From the NCBI RefSeq assembly GCF_009914755.1, contig NC_060937.1: a stretch of DNA of 64,000 nucleotides; one strand, given 5' to 3'. Shown one piece after another: positions 31,134-45,477 of this stretch. The position numbers and the translations under genes were made by a program. Numbering within the stretch: the first letter of the stretch is position 1; each line of letters starts with the position of its first letter. Under the pieces are notes generated by a model. It did not search any database and was not told the origin of the DNA. It worked only from the letters and a program-made list of their open reading frames with translations. The stretch is from the human T2T-CHM13v2.0 reference genome, Homo sapiens.

Positions 31134-31535
31134 TGTATTAAACTGGATTCTTCAAAGAAACAGAACCAACAGTGTGTGTGTGGAGAGGGAAAAAGATTGA
31201 TTATAGGAAACTGGCTCAGATGATTATGAAGGCTTAGTGCGTCTAAGATCTTCAGGGTAGGCTGGCAGGGTGGAAATTTAGAGAAAGTTTACTGCTCAGG
31301 TCTAAGGGCAGTCTGCTGGTGGAATTCTTCTTGCTCAGGAAGGTCAGTATTTTTCTAAGGCCTTCAACTGTTTGGATGAGGCTCACATCATGGAGGGTAA
31401 TCTGCTTTACTCAAAGTCCACCGATTTAAATCTTAATCTCAACCAAAGAAAACACCCTGATAGAAACATCCAGAATAACATTTGACCATGGGCACCATGG
31501 CCCCGCGAAGTTGATTCATAAAATTAATCATCACA
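31134..31535 (-). mobile_element. MLT2 (C/D-like) ERVL solo LTR
   Basis: AGAAACAGAACCAA...GGAGGGTAATCTGCTTTACTCAAAGTC...ATAAAATTAATCATCACA. Confidence 0.88.
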
Positions 31536-32807
31536 CTTACCACTATTTAAAGCTGGAATTTGGTAATGCTTATACCTATGATGTGGAGCATACCTACAGA
31601 CAGCGACCAAGAGATCTATTAGTTGATCTTGATTAACCAAGTTAGAATTAGATAATTTTAAAAATCCATTTTAATGCTAACACTGTGAGAACCCTAATTT
31701 CTTCTTTTGAATAAATTTTTCCATGAGAGAAATGAGAGCCTGCATAATGAAGTAAGGATTGAAAATGCATTTAAAGAGTAGGACAACAACCTTGCTGTAA
31801 AATATTGCTGCAATAATTGTTAACAAGGCTTACCTTAAAAAGACATAAAAATTGTGTGTATGTGTCTGTATATATGTGATTTACAGTAATATGATATTTA
31901 TAAGTTATAAATACCTTAACCATTACTATAACAAATTGTTCTCCATTAACTGATAATAATCTTAACAAATGGTAGAAAGTTCATCAATTGTTCCATTTTA
32001 GTGATAGCATTATTATTTTGAAAAACAAAATAATGGCGTTACAAGGGATAAAGAATACTAAATATAAGGTATTCACATAGGATACTAAAATTCTATTTTC
32101 TCTGGAGTACTATCCTCCAGTTCAAGTTTTGATTTTATTATCTAATGTTATAATCTGACTATACATACACATACAGTTTTCCTCTGCAATATTCACATTC
32201 CCAAGATAGCATTTGACTTCAAAAATGAGATCTGAACATGAATATATAAATACAATATCAGTGAAGGCATGGAGTTTTATGGGTAAATATGAATTAACTA
32301 TACTATACAATTTTTAAATGTATTTAAGTTGAATATAGATAAGATTAATCTAGGCAAAATTGAGAAGTAATAAAATATTTTAATAGTTATTTTAATCATT
32401 CTTTTGTGTTTCTTTCCCTTCTTCACTCCTAGTTTTGGAGACCTACAAAAAATCATTTTCTAAGTAAAGCTTCTTTGGAGGATAAGATTCCTAAGCAAAA
32501 TCATGAACTGTGAATTGGAAGTCAGCCAGGTGCAGATGGAGAGAAGGCATTGAAGCCTAAGGAGCAGCATGTGCAAAGGCACAGAGGTGTGAGAAAGAAT
32601 GACCTCACCAGGAAAGTGCCATTAGTCATGCTGTCACTGCTTGAAAGTTAAGAAATTGGCTGTGTTTTCATGGGCGAGTTAATGATTATATAAAATTATC
32701 GAAGAAGACAACCACAGAAGTATATCCTGAGAGTTGAAATTCTACCAGTACTAGTTCTTCTGCTGCAGTTATTGTTATTTTGTTTAGGGATACATAATTT
32801 TAAAGCA

Positions 32808-32948
32808 GTGTATGTATGTGTGTGTGTGTGCACGTATATATAGGTACATATACATGTACCTATATATACACGCACACACACACACATACATATGTATATA
32901 TACACATACACACATGCATATATCTATATCTATATCTATATATATATC
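32808..32948. repeat. Compound TG/TA/CA microsatellite containing a long palindrome
   Basis: 39-bp arms at 32811-32849 and 32854-32892. Confidence 0.9.
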
Positions 32949-33361
32949 TCCACAAGTTTGTGGTGGATGTGTTTCTAAACTCATATTTCAAGCCAGTCAA
33001 AAAATAATGAATTTCTCTGTTTTCTTTGAAACAAAACAAATAGTAGGATATTCATCTGACAATTCTACAAATCTTGTATCCTACCTCCAGTCTAGTTGTC
33101 AAAAGTTCTGGAAATCTAATCATTCATTTATTGACTAAATAGACATTTATCTAATGTCTACCAGAAGCAATGGTGGAGAGTATTTTCTTATTGTGCAGAT
33201 TAAGTCAAGGCCCTAACCTAGAGGGTGACTTGAGGGCTTTGAAGCATTTGGGATTGAGTTTACCAATAGCTTATAGAAACAATAGTGATAAACAAGATTT
33301 GAACGTGATATGAACAAGTCTTTAGGCATTCCAATGTTTACTTGCAAAGAGAAAAACTGAT

Positions 33362-33630
33362 AAATAATAATAGCTAACATTTTCACAGCATTACTGTGAA
33401 ATGTGCTAAGCACTAGTCTAGTAACTTTACATGTACTAATTTGTTTAACCTTCACAGTTATTTTCTGAGAGAGTTATTGTTATTATGTCCAATTTTTAGT
33501 TGAAGCGGATAAAGTACAGATTAGTAATATAAGTATTTTTTAATATGCTGACTAATGGACAAGTTAAGTATTCAATCAAACCTGGCAGTATGATTCAAGA
33601 GTATGTATTTTTTTCACTACTGTCCTATGC
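33362..33630 (-). mobile_element. MIR
   Basis: AATAATAGCTAACATTT...GTGCTAAGCACT...TTTAACCTTCACA. Confidence 0.65.
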
Positions 33631-33759
33631 TATTGGAAGGAGAGAGTGCTTAAGATTCACAGCCTGCTAGTGATAAGAGAAAAATATTCACTGAAACTAA
33701 TATCTGGTCTTGTACTCTCAGCTTGACTATGGTGTTCATCTGTTAAACATAGCATTTCA

Positions 33760-34200
33760 CAAAATATTAACATCAGATAATATCACTATGTGACCAGGAT
33801 GAATTCAAACAAAACAAGGCCACTCCATAATCCTGTCCAAACAGATAAAGCATCAGCAATATCTAAGCAACAAAAATAACCCAATTTCATCGACCATGGC
33901 TAATTGGAGCAACTGTTGCCTCTTTACTAAATATGGCACTGCCTTTGTCCAACCTCCTCCTAGATAAGGTTGATAAAGAATCAAATACCCTTGCTTCTTC
34001 AAAGCATCTAATTACAGCAAAGTGTAACTTCTCTAATTCATTGTAACTTGATCTAAATAAGCCCAAGTCCTATAATCCATCTCTTTCAACAGCCTCTTTT
34101 TGAGGCATCCAGTGGCGTGCCTTCTCCCTTTTGCCACAAACAATTAACCTAACTCATTCAACCACACATGTATTCCTGATGGTCTCTGTCTGGAGTAACT
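33760..34200 (+). mobile_element. MER110-like ERV1 LTR
   Basis: AACATCAGATAA...ACAAGGCCACTCCATAATC...AAGCCCAAGTCCTATAAT...TTCCTGATGGTCTCTGTCTGGAG. Confidence 0.65.
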
Positions 34201-35547
34201 AAATTGTCATCCTAGAATTGGAAATGGAGTTCATTGTGATACTAAGTAGTGACGTGGAATGAAGTGACTACACACACGCACACACAAAAAAGATAAAAAA
34301 GAATAAATAAATAAATAAAGAAGGACAAATGTAAAGATGAGAGAGGGATAAGAAAGAGAGAGAGAAAGAGAGAATAATTCCTCAGGCTGCATTTAGTGCT
34401 AGGGGATGGAGGGCAATTATTTTGTTAATTATACACTTTTTAACCATTGCTTCTCAAACCTTAGTATCCATAACTACATGTTATATGACCTGACTCTAAG
34501 GCAGGTGTTTTTCAGTGACCTATTTTAACATTTCTCCCTCATTGGAGAGACAATGATACTCCACCAACACAGAAATATATCATATTTCTGGGTAAGAAGT
34601 CTTTTCTGGAGTCAACAGAGTGTCACACAAACACAATCAACTCCACAAATACATGAAATAAGCCTTAATCAGTAAAATTCAGATACTAAATAAAACCCAT
34701 TCCGAAAATATATATCTGTCATATATTGTATGGAAAAAATCAGAATTGGCTTAAATAATGCAAAAATTTAGAATCTCCCTTTCAAGTTGTATATGCCTAT
34801 TTCTCAGTGAAATTATGTTGAAATATTTCAGTTATAGTTCAGGGTTAAAGCATAAAAAGCTAATCAGTATTAATGTATGCATAGAGCATATTTATATTAT
34901 TACTTTCACATTAATAATTATGTCATATTGTGAGGCTGGAAAGGATATGTCCAAAAGTTCACAGTTGCCCATTTTTCTCCTTAAGAAAACACTGTTAATA
35001 AATACACAGCTCTTGCTCAAGAGAAAGGACTTTAAAGATCCTTTGCTAACCTAGTTTTCTCCAGTGATAAGATCACCAGGTCAGTTCATTGTCATCTCAA
35101 ATAAAAGTCAAACTGAAACATCTGATGTAATTAGATCCACTGTAATTTTCATCAAGAATTGTTTTTAGTAAATCTTTCTTCAACATATTTATTTTAAGAG
35201 GTGAAATGTACAGTGTATTGCCCTTTGCTCCTCCAGTTCAATACATAGGAGAAAGCAAATTGAACTGATCTGAAAATTTATGAATAACTTACTGATGTTA
35301 CCCAACTCAACATAAAACACTCCAATTATATTTTAGCCTTTGAATGTACAGTCTACAAGCAACAGCCCACCTGAGCTGATAAACAAAGCAAACGGGGCAC
35401 CAGCAATTCCTTCCTCCATAATATTTGAGAGAAACAAATTCCACAGAAAGCAAATCAGACCCTTCTCTACTGATTTCATGTAGAGATTTAATGCAAAATG
35501 AGAAATATATCTTTGTTCTTCTAACACTCAATTCAATGACTCTTCTG

Positions 35548-35549
<2 letters not shown>

Positions 35550-35589
<40 letters not shown>
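35550..35589. repeat. (GT)n microsatellite
   Basis: About 20 perfect units. Confidence 0.97.
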
Positions 35590-35591
<2 letters not shown>

Positions 35592-36204
35592 ACACACGCA
35601 TATAGGGATTCATGCATATATTTTGGTTGGATTTTTAAACAAAGTAATTTAATATGACTAAGCTATATATGATTATATGCTTTCTATGGAATATAATGCA
35701 TACTAAAACATAGATTTGCAAATAAGTCATCAATTACATCCATTTAATAATTAAGAATCCTCTCAGGTAGACCTAGAAACATAGATTCAATTATAACACC
35801 ATCTATAATGACAGGAAACATCAAGTATTATCTGGAATTTAGTCTTTGGGCAATGATGTACTCTGGATAAATGAAAAAGTGGGGTTGCACAAATGTGGGC
35901 ATTTAATTGGGAAAAGGAGAACAATAAGATTTGACATACATTTTTATTTTACCTAACGTACATCTTCTCTTGCTTTATGATCAGTGTGATACCAAAAAAA
36001 TGCATTATCAATGACATTTAAATACAGGTTGGGTTTCTTTGCATTTCAGCAAAGATGGTATAAAATTTAAATTTAATATCAAGCTGGATTTTATAGAAAA
36101 CTATAGAGAAGTCGGTTGACAGTCTACTTTATTTCTTTTAAAAGTACATACATTACTTTTCTCTGATTGATGTAAGAATTTTTTCTCATATCTGCTTTTT
36201 TCTC

Positions 36205-36480
36205 ATTAATATTGATTGACAAATTATAATTGTATACATTTATGAGATGCAACATATTTTCATATATGTATACTATATTGCATGATTAAATCAAGCTAAT
36301 TATTATATTCATCACCTCACTTACCTTTCATTTTTATGGTGAGACATTTGAAATGTATTCTCTTAGTTATTTTTTACATTATTATTAACTATGGTCACCC
36401 TGCTGTGCCATGTATCTCTAAAACCATTTCTCCTATCTGGAACTGTGTACCCGTTGATCATCAACTCCCTATTCCCTCCC
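36205..36480 (-). mobile_element. L1MA (MA7-9-like) 3' terminus
   Basis: ATGATTAAATCAAGCTAATT...ATCACCTCAC...GGTGAGACATTTGAAAT...TATTAACTATGGTCACC. Confidence 0.8.
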
Positions 36481-36619
36481 AAATCTAGCTTTAAGTGTTC
36501 TTTATGAACTTAACGAATTCATTGTGTACTTCACAATGTTAAAAGATTTTATATGTTCTTTACATATATTTATCCTACAAAAAATAAACAGAATCTTTCC
36601 AATTACGTAGGTTGAAGTC

Positions 36620-37400
36620 TTCGACCAGTTTGGAAATGCTCAGCAAATATCATTTCAAATATTTCTTTTGATCTATTCTTTTCTCTCATCTGTGACTACA
36701 TTATCTGAGATTACAAATTCATATTTTTATTGTTTGTTATATATTTTATGTTCTTGCTTAGTTTCTTCTATTCTTTCCTGTCTACATGCTTAAGTTTTTA
36801 TATTCTCTGAAAACCTGTTCTTCAAAGTCACTAGTCATGTCTGTTATTCTTCTGACTTTATTAAAACTAATGAGTTCTTAATTTTGCATATCAAGTTTTA
36901 TAATATATAATTTCCATTTGAGTTTTAATAGATTCAGTTATCTCATCGGTCTCCACATACTGTCATCTATTTTCCCACCTTTTAATTGTTTTCTAATACA
37001 AGTTTGTTATAGTTATGTTATAGTCTCTTTCATGTAACTCCAAAAGCTGAATCAACTGTAGTTTTTTCTCTCTCTCTATTATTCTCTCTTTGCCTCTTAC
37101 ATTTAGGCCATGTCGATTTATTTCCTTGGTACACCTAATATATGTTTCTAATATTTAATACTGAAAATTGTGTCTTAAAATCTTGTAGGTTCCCAATGCT
37201 ATCATCTTTCTCCAGTGAGGGTTGATCTATCTCTCTGCTAGGCAGAGATTGTAATGGCTGCTCACCTTGATCAGGACTGAGCTGACTCAAGAGTGAGGTG
37301 TAGCTCTGGTGAATTTCAGCATACCTCTGGTGACTGCATGACCGTCTATGGCTTTCAAATGAGAATCTGTTGTATACCCCACAGCCTATCCTGCTAATAT
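36620..37400 (-). mobile_element. Old L1M 5'/ORF1 remnant
   Basis: AGTTTGGAAATGCTCAGCAAATATCATTTCAAATATTTCTT-type antisense motifs. Confidence 0.45.
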
Positions 37401-37602
37401 TTGTCTTAAGAGGTAACTCTGATTTTCAGATAATTTCCATCTTTGAAAAAAAAAAAACTAGAATACAGAGGAACTACGTGTTCTATGACAGAATTGAAGT
37501 AAATATATAACAAGAGTAAACTATTTTTGATAAAGAAGAAATAAAGGGCCGTGCAGGCAAGCATAGATAATTTATTTTCTGAAAACCTGAACTAAAAAAT
37601 AG

Positions 37603-40600
37603 TTATTATTATTATTATACTGTAAGTTCTGGGATACATGTGCAGAATGTGCAGGTTTGTTACATAGATAGGCATTTGCCATGGTGGTTTGCTGCACCCA
37701 TCAACCTGTCATCTCCATTAGGTACATCTCCTAATGCTATCCCTCCTTTTGCCCCCCATACCCCCAACAGGCCCCAATGTGTATGATGTTCCCCTCCCTG
37801 TGTCCATATGTTCTCATTGTTCAACTCCAACTTATGAGTGAGAACATGAGGTGTTTGGTTTTCTGTCCCTATGTTAGTTTGCTGAGAATGATGGCTTCCA
37901 GCTTCATCCATGTTGCCGCAAAGGAGATGAACTCATTCTTTTTTATGGCTGCATAGTATTCCATGGTGTATATGTGCCACATTTTCTTTATCCAGTCTAT
38001 CATTGATGGGCATTTGAGTTGGTTCCAAGTTTTTGCTACTGTGAACAGTGCTGCAATAAACACACATGTGCATGTGTCTTTATAGTAGAATGATTTATAA
38101 CCCTTTGGGTGTATACCCAGTAATGGCGTTACTGGGTGAAATCGTATTTCTGGTTATAGATCCTTGAGGAATCGCCACACTGTCTTCCACAATGGTTGAA
38201 CTAATTTATACTCCCACCAACATTGTAAAAGTGTTCCTATTTCTCCACATCCTGTCCAGCATCTGTTGTTTCCTGACTTTTTAATGATCACCATTCTAAC
38301 TGGTGTGAGATGGTATCTTATGGTGGTTTTGATTTGCATTTCTCTAATGACCAGTGATGATAAGCTTTTTTTCATATTTTTTTGCCACATAAATGTCTTA
38401 TTTTGAGAAAACTGTCTGTTCGCATCCTTCCCCCACTTTTTGATGGGGTTGTTTTTTTCTTGTAAATTTGTTTAAGTTCCTTGTAGATTCTGGATATTAG
38501 CCCTTTGTCAGATGGGTAGATTGCAAAAATTTTCTCCCATTCTGTAGGTTGCCTGTTCACTCTGACGATAGTTTCTTTTGCTGGGCAGAAGCTCTTTAGT
38601 TTAATTAGATCCCGTTTGTCAATTTTGTCTTCTGTTGCAATTGCTTTTGGTGTTTTACTCATGAAGTCTTTGCCCATACCTATATCCTGAATAGTATTGC
38701 CTAGGTTATCTTCTAGGGTTTGTGTGGTTTTAGGTCTTACATTTAAGTCTTTATTCCATCTTGAGTTAATTTTTGTGTAAGGTGTAAGGAAGGGGCCCAG
38801 TTTCAGTCTTCTGCATATGGCTAGCCAGTTTTCCCAACGACCTTTAATAAATATTGAATCCTTTCTCCATTGCTTCTTTTTGTCAGGTTTGTCAAAGATC
38901 AGATGTTTGTAGATGGGTGGTGTTATTTCTGAGGTCTCTGCTCTGTTCCATTGGTCTATATGTCTGTTTTGGTACCAGTACCCTGCTATTTTAGTTACTG
39001 TAGCCTTGTAGTATAGTTTGAAGTCAGGTAGTTTGCTGCCTCCAGCTTTGTTCCTTTTACTTAGGATTGTCTTGGCTATACGTGCTCTTTTTTGGTTCCA
39101 TATGAAATTTAAAGTAGTTTTTTTTTTTTTAATTCTGTGAAGAAAATCAATGGTTGCTTGATGGGAATAGCATTGAATCTATAAATTACTTTGGCCATTA
39201 TGGTCATTTTCGCAATATTGATTCACACTATCGATGAACATGGAATATTTTTCCATTTGTTTTGTCCTCTCTTATTTCTTTGAGAAGTGGTTTGTAGTTC
39301 TCCTTGAAGAGGTCCTTCGCATTCCTTGAAAGTTGTATTCCTGGGTATTTTATTCTCTTTGTAGCAATTATGAATGAAAGTTCACTCATGATTTGGCTGT
39401 ATGTTTGTCTATAATTGGTGTATAGTAATGCTTGTGATTTTTGCACATTGATATTGTATCCTGAGACTTTGCTGAAGTTGCTTCTCAGTTTAAGGAGTTT
39501 TTGGGCTGAGATGATGGAGTTGTCTAAATATACAATCATGTCATCTGCAAACAGAGACAATTTGACTTCCTCTCTTCCTATTTGAATATGCCTTATTTCT
39601 TTCTCTTGCCTGATTGCCCTGAACAGAACTTCCAATACTATGTTGAATAGGGGTGGTGAGAGTATATCCTTGTCTTGTGCTGGTTGGTTTTCAAAGGAAT
39701 GTTTCCAGCTTTTGCCCATTCAGTATGATATTGGCTGTGGGTTCGTCATAAATAGCTCTCACTATTTTGAGATATGTTCAATCAATACCTAGTTCATTGA
39801 GTGTTTTTAGCATGAATGGGTGTTGAATTTTATCAAAGGCCTTTTCGGCATCTATTGAGATCATCATGTGATCTTTGTCATTAGCTGTTTATGTGATGAA
39901 TTATGTTTATTGATTTGTGTATGTTGAACCAGCCTTGCATCCTAGAGATGAAGCCAACTTGATCGTGGTGGATAAGCTTTTTGATGTGCTGCTGGATTTG
40001 GTTTGCCAGTATTTTATTGAGGATTTTTGCATCATTGTTCATCAGGGATACTGACCTGAAAGTTTCTTGTTTTCTTGTGTCTCTGCCAGGTTTTGGTATC
40101 AGGATGATGCCGGCCTCATAAAATGAGTTAGGGAGGAGTCCCTCTTTCTCTATTGTTTGGAATAGTTTCAGAAGGAATGGTACCAGCTCCTCTTTGTACT
40201 TTTGGTAGAATTCAGCTGTGAATCCATCTGTTCCTGAGCTTTTTTTTTTTGATTGATATGCTATTAATTACTGCCTCAATTTCAGAACTTGTTATTTGTC
40301 TATTCAGGGATTCGACTTCTTCCTGCTTTAGTCTTGGGAGGGTGTATGTGTCCAGGAATTTATCAATTTCTTCTAGATATTCTAGTTTATTTGTGTAGAG
40401 GTGTTTATAGTATTCTCTGATGTTAGTTTGTATTTCTGTAGGATCAGTGGTGATATCCTGCTTTCTCATGCAAGCATTTAGTGCTACAAATTTCCCTCTA
40501 AACACTGCCTTAGCTGTGCCCCAGAGATTCTGGTACGTTATGTCTTTGCTCTCATTGGTTTCAAAGAACTCATTTATTTCTGCCTTAATTTTGTTATATA

Positions 40601-41368
40601 CCCAGTAGTCATTCAGGAGCAGGTTGTTCAGTTTCCATGTAGTTGTGCAGTTCTGAGTGAGTTTTTTAATCCTGAGTTCTAATTTGATTGCTCTGTGCTC
40701 TGAGAGACTGTTATACTTTCCATTCTTTTGCATTTGCTGAGGAGTGTTTTACTTCCAATTATGAGGTCAATTTTAGAATAAGGGCTATGTGGTGCTGAGA
40801 AGAATGTACATTCTGTTGATTTGGGGTGGAAACTTCTGTAGATGTCTATTAGGTCCGCTTGGTCCAGAGCTGAGTTCAAGTCCTGAATACCCTTGTTAAT
40901 TTTCTGTCTCATTGATCTGTCTAATATCAACAGTGGGTGTTAAAGTCTCCCATTATTATTGTGTGGGAGTCTAAGTCTCTTTGTAGGTCTCTAAGAACTT
41001 GCTTTATGAATCTGGGTGCTCCTGTATTGGGTGCATATATATTTAGGATAGTTAGCTTTTCTTGTTGCATTGATCCCTTTATCATTATAAAATGCCCTTC
41101 TTAGTCTTTTTTGATCTTTGATGGTTTAAAGTCTATTTTTTCAGAGCCTAGAATTGCAACCCCTGCTTTTTTTTTTTCTTTCCATTTGCTTGGTAAATAT
41201 TCCTCCATCTTTATTATTCTGAGCCTATATGTGTCTTAGCATGTGAGATGCGTCTCCGGAATACAGCACACTGATGGGCCTTGACTCTATCCAATTTGCC
41301 AGTCTGTGTCTTTTAATTGGGGCATTTCACCCATTTACATTTAAGGTTAATATTGTTATGTGTGAATT
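37603..41368 (-). mobile_element. L1PA7-like, truncated at the ORF2 start, with an internal 267-bp deletion
   Basis: Minus-strand ORF2 fragments ([29 protein letters not shown]); 3'UTR CATGGTGGTTTGCTGCACCCATCAACC; (TTA)n tail; many frameshifts. Confidence 0.95.
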
Positions 41369-41374
41369 CTTAGG

Positions 41375-42710
41375 TCAAATAAAAATCAATATGTAATGTA
41401 CCACGGCTAGTGGATTACAGCTAAATACATTTTTAGAGGGACATTTATAACTTAAAACATATAGATTAGAAAAGAAGAAATCATGAATAACGCATGTCAA
41501 TAATCGAAAACATAGTTATTAATTTGGAATCATCAATAAATTAATCAGGCAATTACACACATAAAAAATAAGTGTATAATCAAGCAATTATACAGACAAA
41601 AAATAAGAGTATGCAGTTGCTAATATTTGGAGTAAAAGAGGACACATAATTATAGAACCAACGTATAATAAACAATGAGAATATATTATGAATGACTGTA
41701 TATAATTTGGAATATTTTGAGGAAGAACAGAAATTCTTTAAAAAACGCAACTTACCAAAATTAATACCAGAAAAAGTAGTTCCAAGCCTTCCATATGTAT
41801 TTAAGAAAATTAACCTATGTATACGTCTTTCCCACAAACAAATAAAAATTCAGGGTAACTTGCTTCTCTAACAAATTATTTCTAATTGTGAAAGAAAAAA
41901 CAACAATTTTACATGAACTTTTACAGAAAAGGAGGGAATCATTCTCAAGTCAAAGGACAGCATAACTGGCAATAATATAACAAGGGAAAAAATACACATG
42001 ATCCTTCTCATGCAAATAGTTGTAAATTCTTAAAAAAAAGTTGGAAATTAGGTCCAATTATATTTTTAAAAAGAGGAAAGTGAAGTTTAGTCCATGAATG
42101 CAAGTAAAGTTAAATATAAAAAATAAATCAGTTTAATCTACCACATAAAGAGAAATAAGGAAAAATGTATCATCATCACAATATATGAAGAATAAACTTT
42201 TAACAGTACTTCACATCCATTGATAGTTAAAATAAATGTTTGACTTAAAAGAAATAGAAAGAAAACCCCTTACTCTGATATATAGTAGTATTCTCAACAG
42301 GACTAAAACTGGTATGATTAACACTCAATTAACACTTTTACATGAGTTTAGGAAGAAGGTAGCATGCACACAGTCACAAATATAATAAATAAAATGGATT
42401 GGATTGTTCTCATTCACATAAAGGTGAGCAAAAGGACACAAAGGCAAAATTGTGTGTACAGTGTGAGTTCATTGATACAAATCTTAAAAATGGACAAAAT
42501 GAATCTTTGGTAGAGAGGTTATAAAAGTAGATACATTTGAGTGTTCAGTGACTGAATGGGTCCTGGGAGCTGGGAGTCTTCTGAGATGCTGCAGTGTCCT
42601 ATATTTTGATCAGCATGCTGGTTACATGGATGTGTTCCCTGTAAAAATCATGACTTGTATACTTTTCTGTATGTATGTTATTCTTCAATACAACATAAGT
42701 ATTAAAAGAA
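41375..42710 (+). mobile_element. Old L1M/L1ME ORF2 and 3' fragments
   Basis: TTTAGAGGGACATTTATA, CAACTTACCAAAATTAA, GCTGGTTACATGGATGTGTTC...TTTTCTGTATGTATGTTAT. Confidence 0.6.
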
Positions 42711-43781
42711 GAAGTATGTTTACTTCAAAAGAATAATTGCTATGAATGAAATCAAATTGTTGTTCCCCCTGAGTACACTCTGAATTTTTCAGCAGGTAAC
42801 AGCTTGCTTACAAAAGAGATGATGAATCTTTTTGAAGAATTCAAGTTGTAGAAGTTTAAGTCTGTGGCCTATGTCTTACTATCAGTAGGGAATATAATAT
42901 TAAGTGCTAATTGAGTACTTAAAATGTCTATTTCAAGAAAGTGAAAATTATTGCTTATAGAGAATTAACCACAAAACAATATTGAGATATATGACAATGA
43001 TATGTTAATTATTACATTATTTTTCTTTTCTTCTTTGTTGTTATCAATAAATGGCTCAAGATTTTTCTTAGATCTTCACCTTGTTTCCAGTTTTCACAGA
43101 TATAGCCATATTTCTATCAAAATTCAGTAGGGCTAAGTGCCTTGTACTCAAAGCTTATTCTGTGGGCCCCTTGAAAAGTAAAATTTACAATATGGTCTTT
43201 CAAATTTTTCCGTTAATGAAACCGCTGGACAATATCTAGGATATACGCAATACGTATTAAATGCTTGATATCATAAATTATATTTTGGGAAATGTACAAG
43301 TATGAGTTTGCGTGTATAAGTATGTATGTGTTGGAAAGAGAAGAGAGTTATAATAAGAAAGCAATGAAGCAAAAGGGTGACAGAATAAGTGACTGAGTAG
43401 AAGAATATAGTACTCTATTTAAAAATTTCAGTTCCTTCCATATGGGGATAATTTATTTCCTCCCTTTAGTTTTACTGTAGGCCCATAACAGAAATGAAAT
43501 TCCAACTGTTTTAGATAAAACCTAGCCAATAAATTTGTTTTAATGTATGAGAAAGACTTATATTAAGAGTATTATATTAGTAATAATTATTCTTTCTTAA
43601 ATATAAGAAAATGTCATTCATTTGGTATTTTAAAGTTTTTGATCCACTTAGATTTACAGGACTATAATTTATATAATTATTAAATATTTATATAGTTATA
43701 TGGTTATTTAAATAAATTCCCTTGGCATACAAGTGTTATGAAATGTCAACCAATGTCCTCTGCCATTAATAATGGATATCA

Positions 43782-44011
<230 letters not shown>

Positions 44012-44057
44012 CTAAAATACATTATTTATTAAAATTTTATTTCCGAAGGCATGCTAG

Positions 44058-44219
<162 letters not shown>

Positions 44220-45477
44220 TGAACATTTCAGTTTCTGTGTTTAAAACGTTATTAAATTATTTTTTATGATTTCTCCATATATTATTCTGAATACTTTGAC
44301 CTTTCCACCAGTCAGATACACTGTAATATGAAATTGAGAAATAAAGCATTTTTAATTCATATAATATATATTCAACATTGATTTCTTAAATTTAATTGAA
44401 TAAAATTTTCATTTTTGAACTATAAAATAATTTTTAAATAAATTTTTAAATAGTATTTCTCAATGTGCACCTTTTCAAACATAGAATGAGTGTTACTACT
44501 GAAATAGTAATCATTTTTATTTAAGGGAAAGTCAAAGATTAAAGGTTACCTGTATTTTAAAAAGGAGAGGTGAAGAAAAGTAGGCAACTAAATTGGAGAA
44601 GGTTAGAGTTAATTCTCCCTTTTATAGCACAATTTTCTATACACGATTATTTACTTACTCTTATATCAGTTTGAATTCTCCAGATACGTTTCCAAAAGTT
44701 CATATTATTTCCCATTAAAATTTAGGCAAAAATGTTGTCATTTTTTTGAAGCCCAGATGGCATACTAAACGATCTGTAAATTATTAACTTTTATTCAGTA
44801 GAGTATCATATTGCATAACATAAACATAACAAGGTGGGTAATAGGGAGAAAGTGGTTTTTTCAATAGTTTTTATGAACATATCAAAGTTTCATAATAATT
44901 AAATAGCAAAAACTCTTTCCATAACAGACATAAAAAATTAATTAGTGCATGAAGTATATGGAGGTGAAGCCATATTTGTGAGAGTTTTCTTTTAAGAACT
45001 TACTGTTAACAATTTTATTTCTTTTATTCCTCTTATACTACAACAGTTACGTCCCTTGGATTTTTCTTTTCCATGTCTAATATGCTGATGATAATATGAA
45101 AAAAAAGACCTGATTTGATTATTTTAACTCTTAGCCTCTCCTTGTAAGGTCTTCACCTCTGGTAATCAACCAGTACTTGATAGCAACAGTTAAATCAGTT
45201 TATCATCATCTACCCCACATGCCTATTATGTTTTCATTTCAGAAGAACTGCATATGAGATAATCCTGAGTATACTTCTTTATATCTTATTCCTTTGCACA
45301 TAGCATCACAAGTGAGGGGGAGAATAAGATCTATTTATTTTAGGCTGCTAAAATGCTCTGCATTAAATAACTGGTTTTTTTTTTTCAAATTAAAATTATA
45401 AAGACAGTTCTTACATTTGGAAAATACATTGTAAGTTTAAATGTTTATTGATTACATAAGGCTGACTTAGCTCTCAT

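Noticed and set aside
32696-35652. ORFs rich in CV/HT/YI dipeptides
   Set aside because: Produced by TG/CA/TA microsatellites lacking stop codons
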